From contig CM121341.1 of NCBI GenBank assembly GCA_051530055.1, positions 558,001 to 622,000 of the forward strand: a stretch of 64,000 nucleotides of DNA, in the 5' to 3' direction. The position numbers and the translations under genes were made by a program. Shown in pieces: positions 37,601-51,445 of the stretch; position 1 is the first letter of the stretch; each line of letters begins with the position of its first letter. The DNA comes from Neoechinorhynchus agilis (Eukaryota > Animalia > Acanthocephala). The notes beneath the pieces were generated by a model. The model searched no databases. It saw only the letters and a list, made by a program, of their open reading frames with translations, and was not told where the DNA came from.

Positions 37601-39394
37601 CAAATCTCTTGTTTTTATTTTGTTCATAATGTTTTCAAAAGCGCGTCTAAATAAAAGCGAAGCACTATGAGTGAGTACACGAATGTCTTTACAAATCTCT
37701 TGTCTTTATTTGATTGATAATGTGTTCAAAAAGCGCGTCTTAAATAAAGTGAAGCACTAAGAGTGCGAGCACGAATGGGATTTCAAATCTCTTGCTTTTA
37801 TTTTATTCATAATGTTTTCCATAAGCGCGTCAAAATTAAAGTGAACAACTGAAAGTGAGTACACTAAGGCGTTTTTAAATCTTTTGTTTTTATTTGACTC
37901 ATAATGTTTTCCAAAAGCGCGTCTAAATTAAAGCGAAGCACTATGAGTTAGTACACGAATGAGTTTTCAAATCTCTTGTCTTTATTTGGTTTATAATGCT
38001 TTCAAAAACCGCGTCAAAATTAAAGTGAAGCAAAAAGAGTGAGTACACGAATGTGTTTACAAATCTCTCGTTTTTATTTGATTGATAATGTATTGCAAAA
38101 GCGAGTCTAAATTAAAACTAAGCACTAAAAGTGAGTACACGAATGCGTTTTCAAAACTCCTTTTTTAATTTGGTTGATTATGTTTTTCAAATCGCGTCTT
38201 GGTTAAAGTGAAGAACTAGGAGTGAGTATTCGAAAGCGTTTTCAAATCTCTTGTTTTTATTTGGTATATAATGTTTTTAAAAGTGCGTCTAAATAAAAGT
38301 GAAGGACTAAGAGTAAGTACACGAATGCGTTCTCACACCTCTCGTTTTTTTTATTTAGAATGTATTGCAAAAGCGCGTCTAGATTAAAGTAGGGCGTACA
38401 CGAATGTGTTTTCAAATCTCTTGTTTTTATTTAATTGATGATGTTTTCCAAAAGCGCGTCTAAATTAAAGTTCATCCCTAAGAGTGAGAACACGAAAGCT
38501 TTCTCAAATCTCTTGTTTTTATTTGGTTGATAATGTTTTCGAAAACCGCGTCTAAATTAGAATGAAGAACAAAGAGTGAGTACATTAGTGTGCTTTAAAA
38601 TCTCTCGTTTTTATTTGATTGATAATGTTTCCAAAAGCGCGTCAAAATTAAAGTGAAGAACTAAAGGTGATTACACGAAAGCGTATTAAAATCTGTTGTT
38701 TTTATTTGGCTCATAATGTTTTCAAAAAGCGCATCTAAACTAAGGCGAAGCACTAGGAGTGAGCACAAGAATGCGATTTCAAATCTCTTACTTTTACTTG
38801 GTATATAATTTTTTCCAAAACCGCGTCTAAATTATAGTTACGAACAAAGAGTGAGTAAACGAAAGCGCTTTCAAATCTCTTGTTTTGATTTTGTTGATAA
38901 TCTTTTCCTAAGCGCGTCTTGGTTAAAGTGAAGCACTAAGATTGTGTAAACGAATGTGTTTTCAAATCTCTTGTTTTTATTAGGTTGATAATTTTTTCCA
39001 AAAGCGCGTCTAAATTAAAGTGAAGATTTAAGAGTAAGTAAACGAATGCGTTTTCAAAGCTCTTGTTTTTATTTGATTGATAATGTTTTCCAAAAGCGCG
39101 TCAAAATTAAAGTGAAGCACTTAGAGTTAGTACACAAATGCGTTTTCAAATCGCCCGTTTTTATTTTATTGATAATGTTTTCCAAAAGCGCGTCAAAATT
39201 AAAATGAAGACCTAGGAGTTAGTACACGAATGCGTTTTCTGATCTCTTGTTTTTATTTGACTCATAGTGTTTTCCAAAACCGAGTCAAAACTAAAGTGAA
39301 GCACTAAGAGTTAGTACACGAATGCGATTTCTAATCTCTTGTTTTTATTTTGTTGATAATGTTTTCCAAAACCGCGTCTAAATTAAAGTGAAGA
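34601..39394 (-). repeat. ~92-bp satellite, block 4 (inverted)
   Basis: Reverse complement of the monomer. Confidence 0.97.
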
Positions 39395-42300
39395 TCTATC
39401 TACAATATTCCGGGTTGAAAGAGAGCGGAGATTCCGGTAGTCATCGAAGGAGTTAGGATAAGAATTGAATTTGATACTGGAGCGGCGGAGTCCATAATTA
39501 CACGAGCGTTGTGGCATCGAATCGGAAGACCGAAATTAAGAGCAACGAATGAGCTTCGAGCGTTTGGGGGAAACAAGATTGAGAATCTTGGAAGATGCTC
39601 AGTGAGTGTCAAGTTTGGTAGTAACTGGAAGATTGTCGAGGCAGTTGTGGTTCCAGGATCTGGTCGATCGTTGTTTGGGCTGCCATGGATGTTAGAGTTT
39701 TGTTTAAAAATTCCAGCCGAACTCGTGGATGTGAACAAGATTGATTTGGGAAGAGATGATAAAAGCGAAGAACTGCGCTCGAAACTGAAGAATGCGTTTC
39801 CGTCAGTATTCAACAGTGAGCCATAGGCGATAAAAAAATTTCCAAGCAAGTTTGGTAGTGAAAGAGGACGCTAAACCACGCATATGGTGCGCGAGGAGGA
39901 TTCCGTTCGCACTGCAAGACCCCTTAGAAGAAGAACTTGATCGGTTATTAAAGTTAAACACTTTGTCGTGTGTGAATGCTAACCGGGATAATATAAAATG
40001 GGCTACACCAATTGTGGTTGTCCGAAAGACCGGAGGAAAAGTAAGAATATGTGGAGATTTTCGAGTAACTGAAAATCAACACCTGCAAGTAGATTTCGAA
40101 GAATTGACACAGAAACTGACAGGTACTACCCAATATAGCACTATAGACCTGAGAGATGCCTATCTACAAATTCCAGTAGATGATCAGACCAGCAAATTGC
40201 TGACGATCGCAAAACCGTACGGATTTTTCAAATACAATCGTCTACCATTTGGAATTTCCGCCGCACCAGCAATTTTTCAAAAATATATTTCAGAGTTGCT
40301 GCGAGGGATAGAAGGAGTAGGAGCTTATTTGGATGATATAATTATCTCGGGAAAGTCAGAAGAAGAGCAAGTTAACCGGATATGGAAAGTGTTCGAAAAG
40401 CTGAGCGAGGCTGGAGTAAAAGTGAAAGAAGAGAAGTGCCAATTCTTAAAGAAGGAAGTACAACATCTGGGTCATATAGTTCAACAGGTGCAGATAATAC
40501 CTTCGGATGACAAAGCATTGGCGCTAGCAGAAGCTTCGGAACCTAAGAATGCTAAAGATTTGAGAGCTTTTCTAGGTCTAGCAAATATCCATGCACGATT
40601 TTGTGCCGATTTTCATCGATCCTGCAAGATGCTTTATGAATTAACACAGAAAGGTAGAACGTGGCAATGGAGTGAGGACCACCAGAACGCGTTTAAAAAG
40701 GTCAAAGAAGCATTGAGAAGACCGCGAGGGTTGATTCCATACGATCGGAAAAGAAGCATAGCACTAGCATGTGATGCTAGTGAATCAGGACTTGGAGCCG
40801 TGTTATTCCACATAAGTGAAAAAGGTGATCTGCAACCTGTATGTTTTGCTTCTCGAGTATTAAAGTCCGCAGAGAAAAACTTCTCACAAATTGAAAAAGA
40901 AGCCCTGGCGCTGCTATATGGCGTGAAACGTTTCCACGATTTTGTGTTTGGTCGAAAGTTTGGCTTATATACTGATCATAAACCCCTTGAGTACATTTTC
41001 GGACGCCAACGGAATCTGGGAAAGGTCGCTAACTCTAGGTTGATAAGATGGGCGATTCAAATGGCAGAATACGATTTTGAAGTCAAGCACGTAGACGGTG
41101 TTGATAACTATTACGCTGATGTCCTTTCTCGAATGCCCATTAGTCTGGATTCAGATCTTTCAAATGAACCTGAGATGGATATAGCGCGGGTCAGGGAGGA
41201 AACACCGACAATCCTGAATTTATCCTTGGCAAGACTAAAAGAGGAATCAATCAGAGATACACAAGTAGCTCGAGTAAAGCGTTATCTGATATCCGGATGG
41301 CTAGTAAAACCGAAATCTGAAGATACGGATTTTGTGAAACGCAAGGATGAACTATCAATGGAAAATGATGTATTATTATGGCTCGAGCGGATGGTGATTC
41401 CCGCCTCGCAAAGAAACGAGGTTTTACAAAAGCTGCATGAAGGGCATCCAGGAGAGAAGGCAATGATGGCCTTGGCAAGATATTACTGTTGGTGGCCGGG
41501 AATGGATAAGGACATCCAAGGACATGTTGCATGCTGTGTCGATTGCCAGAGACAACGACCAAATACTCGAGAACAACCATTATTCCCATGGGATAACCCC
41601 GCCGGACCATGGAAAAGAGTCATGTAGATTTCGCGGGCCCCGTGAATGGTATGTATTTTCTGGTAGCAGTCGACGCGTTCTCAAAATGGCCAGAGGTATG
41701 GTTGAAACCAAGTTTCACGGCACAAACAACCATCAATTGCCTGCGGGAGGCGTTCGCTAGGTTCGGAATCCCTGAACGAATCGTATCTGGTAACGGACCG
41801 CAGTTCATCTCAAATGAGTTCAGAACGTTTTGTAATGAAAATAAAATCTCATATTGTAGGAGTTCCATCTACCATCCTAAAACAAATGGACTGGCAGAGA
41901 GATTTGTGGCGACCCTAAAACGACGAACAAGACCCGAGCAAAGAAGCCTGACGAAAATATCTTCGGTGCTATAGAAACACCCCGCAGACCATAACACAAA
42001 AAGTCCAGCAGAAATGATGATGGGTCGACGTTTAACGTCTCTGATGGATAATATAAAACCGAGTGCAATTAAGACATCCAACAACAAGCAAACATTGCAA
42101 AAACAGAACCATGATAAGAATTTTGCAACTTTGACAGATTACAAGGCGGACGATGGGGTGTGGGTTTGAGACACTATTAAAAAATAATGGAAAGAGGGTG
42201 TCATAATGAAACAGAATGGACCTTTGTCTTATGTCGTACAAACAACTGAAGGGGAAAAGAGAATACATGCCGACCATTTGAGAAAAAGAGCGATTGGGAA

Positions 42301-42762
42301 AAGAGATCAGGAGGATTCAAAGCAAAATATCAATGAAGAGGTGGGCGGAGACTTAAGGAGGGACGAGAATGAACATGAAACGGATCAGCAAGTGGAAAGA
42401 GGCAATACGCGACAAGAAACAGAACAGAGATCGAGCACGGAAAGTAGTGAAGTTGAAGGGTATATGAGCGATGAAGAATTTAGATTACCAGATGACAAAA
42501 GTGAAAGAAACGAAGATGAATCAGAAGTACGAGAAGAAGTGAACGAGGGACTGGGTCTCAGGGTAAGTACCCGAATAAGGCGAAAGCCTATATTGCCCTA
42601 CGATAAGTACCGTTATCTTCAAGGGGAAGAAACGTAGTGATGACGAATTGACGTCATTGAAACCATATCGATTATATAACGTTATGTGTTTTGATGTGTT
42701 GTGCGTGCGCGTTATATATTAAAAACAAACATATAATCATGTCAGGAAACCAAAGCATGACA
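39395..42762 (+). mobile_element. Ty3/Gypsy (Mag/K02A2.6-like), 5'-truncated (no 5' LTR or gag)
   Basis: Starts at PR (EFDTGAAES), then RT RICGDF / YLDD, RNase H ACDAS, integrase HEGHPG / HVDFAGP. PPT AAGGGGAAGAAA; putative 3' LTR ~42633-42762 ending in CA, single copy only. Confidence 0.85.
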
Positions 42763-45700
42763 AGAGTGAGTACACGAATGCGTTTTCGAATCTCTTGTTT
42801 TTATTTGTTTGATAATGTTTTCCAAAAGCGCGTCAAAATTAAAGTGAAGCAAAAAGAGTGAGTACACGAATGTGTTTACAAATCTCTCGTTTTTATTTGT
42901 TTGATAATGTTTTCCAAAAGCGCGTCAAAATAAAAGTGAAGAACTCAGAGTAAGTACACGAATGTGTTTTCAAATCTCCTGTTTTTATTCGATTGATAAT
43001 GCTTTCCAAAAGCGCGTCTAATTTATAGTGGAGAACAAAGAGTGATCACACGAAAGCGTTTTCATTTCTCTTGTTTTTATTTGGTTGATAATGTTTTTCA
43101 AATGCACGTCTAAATTATAGTGAAGCTCTAAGAGTGAGTACACGAAAGCGTTTTCATTTCTCTTGTTTTTATTTGGTTGATAATGTTTTTCAAAAGCGCG
43201 TCTAAATTAAAATGAAGCACTAAGATTGAGTTCAGGAAAGCGTTTTCAATGCTCTTGCTTTTACTCGGTTGATAATCTTTTCCTAAAGAGCGTCTAAATT
43301 AAAGTGAAGCACTACGAGTTAGTACACGAAAGCCTTTTCAGAGCTCTTGTTTTTATTCGGTTGATAATGTGTTCTAAACGCGTATCTAAAATAAGGTGAA
43401 GAACTAAGAGTGAGTTTACGAATGCGTTTTTAGATCTCTTGTTTTTATTGACAATGTTTTCCAAAAGCGCGTCTAATTTATAGTGGAGAACAAAGAGTGA
43501 GTACACGAATGCGTTTTCAAATCTCTTGTTTTTATTTGGTTGATAAAGTTTCCAAAAGCGCGCCGAAATAAAAATGAAGCACTCGGGGTTGGTACACGAA
43601 TGCTTTTTCAAATCTCTTGTTTTAATTTGATTGATAATGTAATCCATAAGCGCGTAAAAATTAAAGTGAAGCACTAGGAGTGAGTACACGAATACGTTTT
43701 CAAATCTATTGTTTTTTTGGCTAATAATGTTTTCCAAAAGCGCGTCTAAATTAAAGCGAAGCACTAAGAGTGAATACACGAATGCGTTTTCTAATCTCTT
43801 GTTTTTATTTTGTTGATAATGCTTTCGAAAAGCGCGTCTTAATTAAAGTGAAGAACTAAAAGTGAGTGCACGAATGCGTTTTCAAATCTCCTGTTTTTAT
43901 TTGGTTGACAATGTTTTCCAAAAGCGCATCAAAATTAAAGAGAAGCACTTAGAGTTAGTACACGAATGCTTCCAAAAGCGCGTCACAATGAAAATGAAGC
44001 ACTAGGAGTTTGTACACGAATGTGTTTTCTTATCTCTTGTTTTTATTTGATGCATAATGTTTTCCAAAACCGCGTTTTAATTAAAGCGAAGCGCTAAGAG
44101 TTAGCACACGAATGTGTTTTCAAATCTCTTGTTTTGATTTGATTGATAATGTTTTCGAAAAGCGCGTTTAAATTTAAGCGAAGAGCTAAGAGTTAGTGCC
44201 GAATGCGTTTCAAATCTCTTGTTTTTATTTTATTGATAATGTTTTCCGATAGCGCGTAAAGATTAAAGTGAAGCCCTAGAAGTGAGTACACGAATGCGTT
44301 CTCAAACCTATTGTTTTTTATCGGTAATGTTTTCCAAAAGGGCATCTAAATAAAAGTGAAGAAATAATTTAAACGCGCTTTTGGAAAACATCCAAAAGCG
44401 CGTTTAAATTAAAGTGAAGAACTTAGAGTGAGTACACGAATGCTTCCAAAAGCGCGTCAAAATTAAAATGAAGCACTAGGACTTTGTACACGAATGTGTT
44501 TTCAAATCTCTTGTTTTTGTTTGATTGATAATGTTTTCCAAAAGCGCGAAGAAATTAAAGTGAAGCACTTTGACTGAGTTCACGAACGCCTTTTCAAATC
44601 TCTTGTTTTTATTTTATTGATAATGTTTTTCAAAAGCGCGTAAAGATTAAAGTGAAGAACTAAGAGTGAGTACAACGAAGCGTTTTAAAATCTCTTGTTT
44701 TTATTTGGTTAATAATGTTTTGCAAAAGCGCGTCTAAACTAAAGAGAAGAACCAAGAGTTAGTACACGAATACGTTTTCAAGTCTCTTGTTTTTATTTTG
44801 TTGATAATGTTTTCCAAAAGTGCGTCTAAATTAAAGTCAAGAACTAGAAGTGAGTACATGAAAGCGTTTTCAAATCTATTGTTTTTATTTGACTCATAAT
44901 GTTTTCAAAAAGCGCGTCTAAGTAAAAGCGAAGCACCAAGAGTGATCACACGAATGGGTTTTCAAATCTCTTGTTTTTATTTTATTGATAATGTTTTCCA
45001 AAAGCGCGTTTAAATTAAAGTGAAGAACTTAGAGTGAGTACACGAATGCCTTTTAGAATCACTTGTTTTTATTTGTCTCCTAATGTTTTCCAAAAGCGAG
45101 TCTAAATTAAAGCAAAGACCTAAGAGAAAGTACACTAATGGGTCTTCAAATCTCTTGTTTTTATTTTATTGATAATGTTTTCCAATACCGCGCAAAAATT
45201 AAAGTGAAGAACTAGGAGTGAGCAGCGGAATGCGTTTTCAAACCTATTGTTTTTTTATTGGTATTGTTTTCCAATAGCGCGTCTAAACTATAGTCAAGAA
45301 ATAAGAGTGAGTACATGAAAGAATTTTTAAATCTCTTGTGTTTATTAAGTATATAATGTTTTCCAAAAGCCCGTCTAAATTAAAGTAAAGCACTAAGAAT
45401 GAGTACACGAATGAGATTTCCTATCTCTTGTTTTTATTTGATTGATAATGTTTTCCCAAAGCTCGTCACAAATAAAGTTAAGCACTAAGAGTGAGTACAC
45501 TAGTGCGATTTCATATCTCTTGTTTTTAATTGATTGATAATGTTTTCCAAGAGCGCGTCTAAATTATGGTGAAAAACTTTGAGTGATTATACGAATGCGT
45601 TTTCAAATCTCTTGTTTCGAATTGATTTACAATGTTTTCAAAAAGTTCGTCTATATTAAAGTGAAGAATTAAGAGTGAGTACACGAATACGTTTTCAAAT

Positions 45701-46614
45701 CTCTTGTTTTTTTATTGCCAATGTTTTCGAAAAGCGCGTCTAAATTATTGTGAAGCATTAATAGTGTGTACACGAATCCGTTTTCAAATCTCTTGTTTTA
45801 CTTTGATTGATAATGTTTTCCAAAAACGCGTCAAAATTATTGTGAAGCATTAAGAGTGAGTACACGAATGCAGTTTCAAATCCCTTGTTTTTTTATTGAT
45901 AATGTTTTCCAAAAGCGCGTCAAAATTAAAGCGAAGAACTAAGATAGAGTACACGAATGCGTTTTCAAATCTCTTGTTTTTATTTGATTGATAATGTTTT
46001 CCAATAGCACGTCAAAATTAAAGTGAAGCACCAAGCGATAGTACGCGAATGTGTTTTCGAATCTCTTGTTTTTACTTGATTGATTATGTTTCCCAAAGCG
46101 CGTCTAAATTAAAGTGAAGCACTAAGAGTTACCACACGAATGCGTTTTCAAATCTCTTGTTTTAATTTGATTGATAATATTTTAGGTAAGCGCGTCTAAA
46201 TTAAAGTGAAGCACTAGGAGTGAGTACACTAGTGCGATTTCAAATCTCTTGTTTTTATTTGATTGATAATGTTTTCCAAAAGCGCGTCAAAATTAAAGTT
46301 AAGCACTTAGAGTGAGTACACGAATGCGTTTTCAAATCTCTTTTTTTATTTGACTGATAATGTATTCCAAATACGCGTAAAAATTAAAGTATAGTCCGAA
46401 GGGTAAGTACACGAATGCGTTTTAAAATCTCTCGTTTTTATTTGATTAATAGTGTTTTAAAAAAGCGCGTCTAAATTAAAGTGAAGCACTAAGAGTTAGT
46501 AAACGAATGCGTTTTAATATCTCTTGTTTTTATTTGAATGATAATGTCTTCCAAAAGCGCATCTAAATCAAAGTGAAGCACTTGGAATGAAAAAACGAAA
46601 TCGTTTTCAAATCT
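42763..46614 (-). repeat. ~92-bp satellite, block 5 (inverted)
   Basis: Reverse complement of the monomer. Confidence 0.97.
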
Positions 46615-46619
46615 CCGGT

Positions 46620-48265
46620 TCAATAAAATAAAAGCAAAAGATTTGTAAACGCATTGGTGTACTGACTTTTTGTCCTTAACTTTAATTTAGAAGCGCTTTT
46701 GGAAAATTTTATCCATTAAACAAAAACTCGAGATTTGAAAACGCATTCGTGTACGCACTCTTGGTGCTCCACTTCTATTTAGACGCGGTTTTGGAAAAAA
46801 TCATCAATCAAATAAAAAGCAGTGATCAAAAAATGCATTCGTGTTCTAACTCTTAGTGCTTCATTTTAATTTAGACGCGATTTTGGAAATCATTATCAAT
46901 ACAATAAAAACAAGAGATTTTAAAATGCATTGTATACTCAAGCTTAGTGTTTCACCTTAATCAAGACGCGCTTTTGCAAACAATATCAATCAAATTAAAA
47001 CAAAAGATTTGAAAGCGCTTTCGTATTCTAACCCTTAGTGCTTCACTTTAATTTTAACGAGCTTTAGGAAAACATTATCCATAAAACAAAAACATGAAAT
47101 TTTAAAACGCGCTCGTTTACTTTTTTTTGCACCACGTTAATTTGGACGCACTTTTGCAAAACATTTTACATATGACGTACTCGAAACTCGAAAACGCGGT
47201 CGTGTACTCTATTTCGTGCTTCAATTTATTTTAGACGCACATTAGGAAAACATTATCAATAAAACAAATACTCGAAATTTGAGAACGCGCTCGTATACTC
47301 TATTTTGTTCTTCACTTCATTTTTGACGCACTTTTAGAAAACATTATCCGTAAAATAAAAACTCGAAATATTAAAAAAAAGCACGTGTACTCTTTTGTTC
47401 TTCACTTTAATTTAGACCCACGTTTAGAAAACATTATCCATAAAGTAAAAACTCGAAATTTGAAAACGCGCTCGTATACTCTTTTTTGTGCTTTAATTTA
47501 ATTTAGACGCACCTTTGCAAAACATTATTCGTAAAATAAAAACCCTCGTAATTTTAAAACGCGCGCGTGTACCCTTTTTTTGAGCTTCACTTTATTTTAG
47601 ACGCACTTTAGGAAAACATTATTCATAAAGTAAAAACTCAAAATTTTAAAACACGCTCGTGTACTCTTTTTTGTGCTTCACTTTAATTTAGACGCACTTT
47701 TAAAAAACATTATCCATAAAATAAAAACTCGAATTTTACAAACGCGCATACGAGCTTTAGGAAAACATTATCCATAAAACAAATACTCGAAATTTGAAAA
47801 CGCGCTCGTGTACTCCTTTTTGTGCTTCACTTTATTTTAGACGCACTTTAGGAAAACATTATTCATAAAAAAAAATCGAAATTTGAAAACACGCTCGTAT
47901 ACTCGTTGTTGTTTTTCTCTTTAATTTAGACGCAATTTAGGAAGACGTTATCCATAAAACAAAAACTCGAAATCCGAAAACGCGTTCGTGTACTAACTTT
48001 TCATGCTTTACTTTAATTTAAACGCGTATTTGGATAACATTATCCATCGAATAAATACTCCAAAATTGAAAACCCGTTCTTGTACTCACCTTTTGTGCTT
48101 CACTTTAATTTAGACGAGCTTTTGGAAAGCATTGCGCATCAAAAATCGAAATTTGAAACGCGTTCACGTACTCACTTTTTGTCTTTACTTTAATTTTGAC
48201 GCGCTTTTGTAGAACATTACGAATAAAATAAAAACTCGAAATTTGAAAACCAGTTCGTGTACTCG
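46620..48265 (+). repeat. ~92-bp satellite, block 6; divergent edge subfamily
   Basis: Back in + orientation. From ~47100 the units carry AAAACTCGAAAT...CGCGCTCGT...CTCTTTTT variants. Confidence 0.92.
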
Positions 48266-48432
48266 CTTTAGGCAAGGGTTGTATTGTCTCGGTTATAGTG
48301 ACGTTTATTGCCGATTTATGGGACTGTGAGGGAGTTGTAGGAGCGTTTGATAATAATAACACGTTTATTTGTTAGTCATTGACGATGATGGCGTGCAATA
48401 GATAATAATTAATCGATGGCACGTGAGTGTGT

Positions 48433-48450
48433 TGGCGACGAGTATGGGAT
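48433..48450 (+). promoter_or_regulatory. Primer-binding site complementary to tRNA-Ser(GCT)
   Basis: TGGCGACGAGTATGGGAT; 17/18 to the complement of the eukaryotic tRNA-Ser(GCT) 3' end as I recall it. Confidence 0.8.
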
Positions 48451-48561
48451 ACTGCTAAAACAAGAAGCAGTCTACGATGTTCTGGGTATCAGCATTGAAT
48501 CGCTAAAAAAGCTGTTAGAGTCTCAGGGCCGATTATTAGAAATGGTGACTCAACAGTTATC

Positions 48562-48760
48562 GACGTAAATACGGGTGGTTTCGATCGAGTTGTGTGGTAC
48601 ACTCTACCGCCATTAGGCACAAATCCATGGTTGATCACACTGTCCATTAGATTTAAAATAAATTTCTTTACGGTATCGGCCATTCCGCACCACACATTTG
48701 GCGATCCAATACGATCCTACCTCCTGGAAAAAGAATTAGATATTTCATGGGGAGAAACGA
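48562..48760 (-). pseudogene. Trehalase (GH37) gene fragment, antisense inside gag
   Basis: LILFPGGR..SYWIAK..GMADTVK..NLMDSVINHGFVPNGGRVYH..RSKPP matches the trehalase motifs VPGGRF.E.YYWDSYW and PNGGR.YY..RSQPP, with small deletions. Confidence 0.75.
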
Positions 48761-51445
48761 TATCTGATCTAAATTTATATTCTCAACATGCGCCGTGCAC
48801 ATTCGATTATTGACATCATAACAGCAGAAATTAATTATATCGCAGTGAACATTGAAAGCCTCCTGTAGTTCGTTGGAATATTGGTGGCATTGACATCAGC
48901 AATCAAAAACATAAGAACGATGAATTGAATGCCTGATAATTTCGTATACTGCCGCTTCATCAGCACACAATGAGCTAATCGCCGAATGCTCCGAAAACCA
49001 GGATAACACCATTCAGGTATTTCCGGGAATCGGAGAAATGGACTAAATATGTTACGCAGTTGGAACAACACTTCGAGCTTACTGATGTTGTCGATGAAAC
49101 GGTGAAAAAAAGTGCCTGTTATCATGGTTGAGTGCGCCCATTTTTTAAAGACTTTGTAAGAGCATTGGATTTCTAAAGCCGACGGAGATGGATTATCAAC
49201 AGTTGATAAAAGCGTTGGATCACCTGCATGGCGGCAGAGCTCACGAAATCACTGCCCGTTACATATTCCACACAACCACATTGAAACCTGAGCAAAGCTA
49301 TGCGGAGTGGCTTAGTGATTTATGGGAAGCGGCAAAAGGATGCAATTTTTTCAAAGCGAGCATTGTAGATGAGCAAAGTGCTGCATCCTTTCAGAACAGA
49401 GATGCAATTCTTCGCATGACCCTCTCGAAAAAGTCCGCAAAACGGTACTTCAGTGATCTACACAAACACTCGAGGAGGTTATGAACATTGCATCGGCCTA
49501 TGAGTCAACCAAAAAGCTTTGAACTTGACGGCACCAGAGAAAATGAAAGGGAATGTTGATAAGGTGAGGACATTTCAAAGAATGTGAAACACAAAGGAAT
49601 ACCAGTCCAACAGAAGTGGATGCTCACGCTGTGGTAGTCGACATGCAAATGGCGTCACGAATTGTCGAGCGAACACAGCAAAGTGCTACAAATGTGGCAA
49701 ATTATGCCATTTGGCTAGATGTTGTCGGTTCAGAGTCGACAAGATACCAGCCGACGTGAAGAGCGAAGATGAGTACACGGACTACACAGCCATTGACAAC
49801 ATCCGCGGCTAAGATTCAGGCAACGATCGACAGGCACCAGGTCCTGATGGAGTTCGACGCGGGGGGGTGCGTCCACATCATTCATCCCGGAAAATTTGTG
49901 GAAGTTGATAGGACAACCTCGGTTGGAACCGGCAAGACCGCTCAGAACGTACAAGGGTGGTCGAATTGCTTCGCTTGGAAAATGTAACGTTGATGTCAGA
50001 TGTAAGGACATCACGCGACGAATGGAGATGATGGTGGTGCCAGGAACAGAAACGCCATTATTTGGACTTCCATGGACGATCGAGATGCTCCTCGGGATTC
50101 TAGCAACAGTCATCTAAGTAAACCAAATCAGGAGAATAGATCCAAGACAGGGCGTTTTGCAAAAGCTGTGGACTGACTTTCCTAAAGTATTTGAGATGAA
50201 TGGTGAGGCAATTAAAGACGACGAGGTTTATTTGAATGTCAAGATGGGGACAGAGCCTAAGAAATGACCGGCAAGGCGAATTCCTTTCGCGCTACAACAG
50301 CCTATAAAAAGTGAGATTGACAGGTTGGTTGAGCAAGGGGTAATCACACCAGTAAGCGTAGCCGAGAACGTCGAATGAGCCACTCCCTTAGTTGTGGTAC
50401 GAAAGGCTAATGGTAAATTGAGATTGTGCGGAGACTTCAACGTCACATTGAACAACTATCTTAATTATGAAGATTACCATATGCCGGCCTTCGAAGACGT
50501 AATGCACAAAATTGCGGGTTGCGTAATTTATACCACAATAGATCTCAAGGACGCGTATTTTCAACTAAAGATGGAGCGTGAAAGCAGCCGTTTTCTGACG
50601 ATCTCAACGCCATGGGGATATTTTAGATATCTGCGTCTTCCGTTAGGAATAAGTGCGGCACCTGCGATTTTCCACAGATTCATTGATTCTATATTGGGCG
50701 GAATTCCAGGTGTTGGTACTTACCTTGATGATATTATCGTCGGAGGAGTAGATCGGATGCAGCACATGGAGCGTCTCGAAGAAGTCTTCAGACGACTGGC
50801 AAGGGTAAACGTCCAGGTTTCGGTTGAGAAATGTAGGATACTTCGAAATCAAGTCGAATAAGTCGAAACGGGATAGAACCAATGGAATCGAAGACCGAAG
50901 CGTTGGTAAATGCAACAGGCCCAACGAACGCTAACGAATCGAGATCGTTTCTTGGCCTAGAAAATTTCCATTCCAAGTTCATTCCACATTTGCAAACACA
51001 ATGTGCGATACTGTACGAATTGGTGAATGCCCCGAAATCGTGATGGAGTTGGACTGAGGACCATACGAAGGCGTTCAGGTGCATCAAGGAGTCTTTGAGG
51101 AATCCACAACGATTGACACCATATTCGCCAGATTTACCATTGGTTCTGATGTGTGATGCCACGACAACAAGTTAGCTCCAATTTGTTATGCATCTAGGTT
51201 ACTCAAGGATGCTGAGAGACATTATGCACCCATTGAAAGAGAGGCCCTTGCAATTGTTTTCGGAGTCAAGAGGTTTCATCAATATCTGTTCGGAAGGCAT
51301 TTCACTCTGAAGACAGATCACAAACCGCTACAATTCATATTTGGAAGCGATCGCGATCTCCCGAAGATGACAAATAGCCGATTGGTTAGATGGCCTTTCA
51401 AGCTGCAGCAGTATGACTACCAGATCCGTCACATACGGGCAACCA

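Noticed and set aside
16715-48265. Satellite as a CRISPR array or as coding sequence (ORFs such as 19078-19380, 43312-43779)
   Set aside because: Monomers are contiguous and mutually similar with no unique spacers or cas genes; the ORFs are chance read-throughs of the repeat.
16715-48265. ACGCG and CACGAA motifs as MCB/SCB boxes, or a CENP-B box
   Set aside because: MCB/SCB are fungal elements and the context is metazoan; no 17-bp CENP-B box match was seen.
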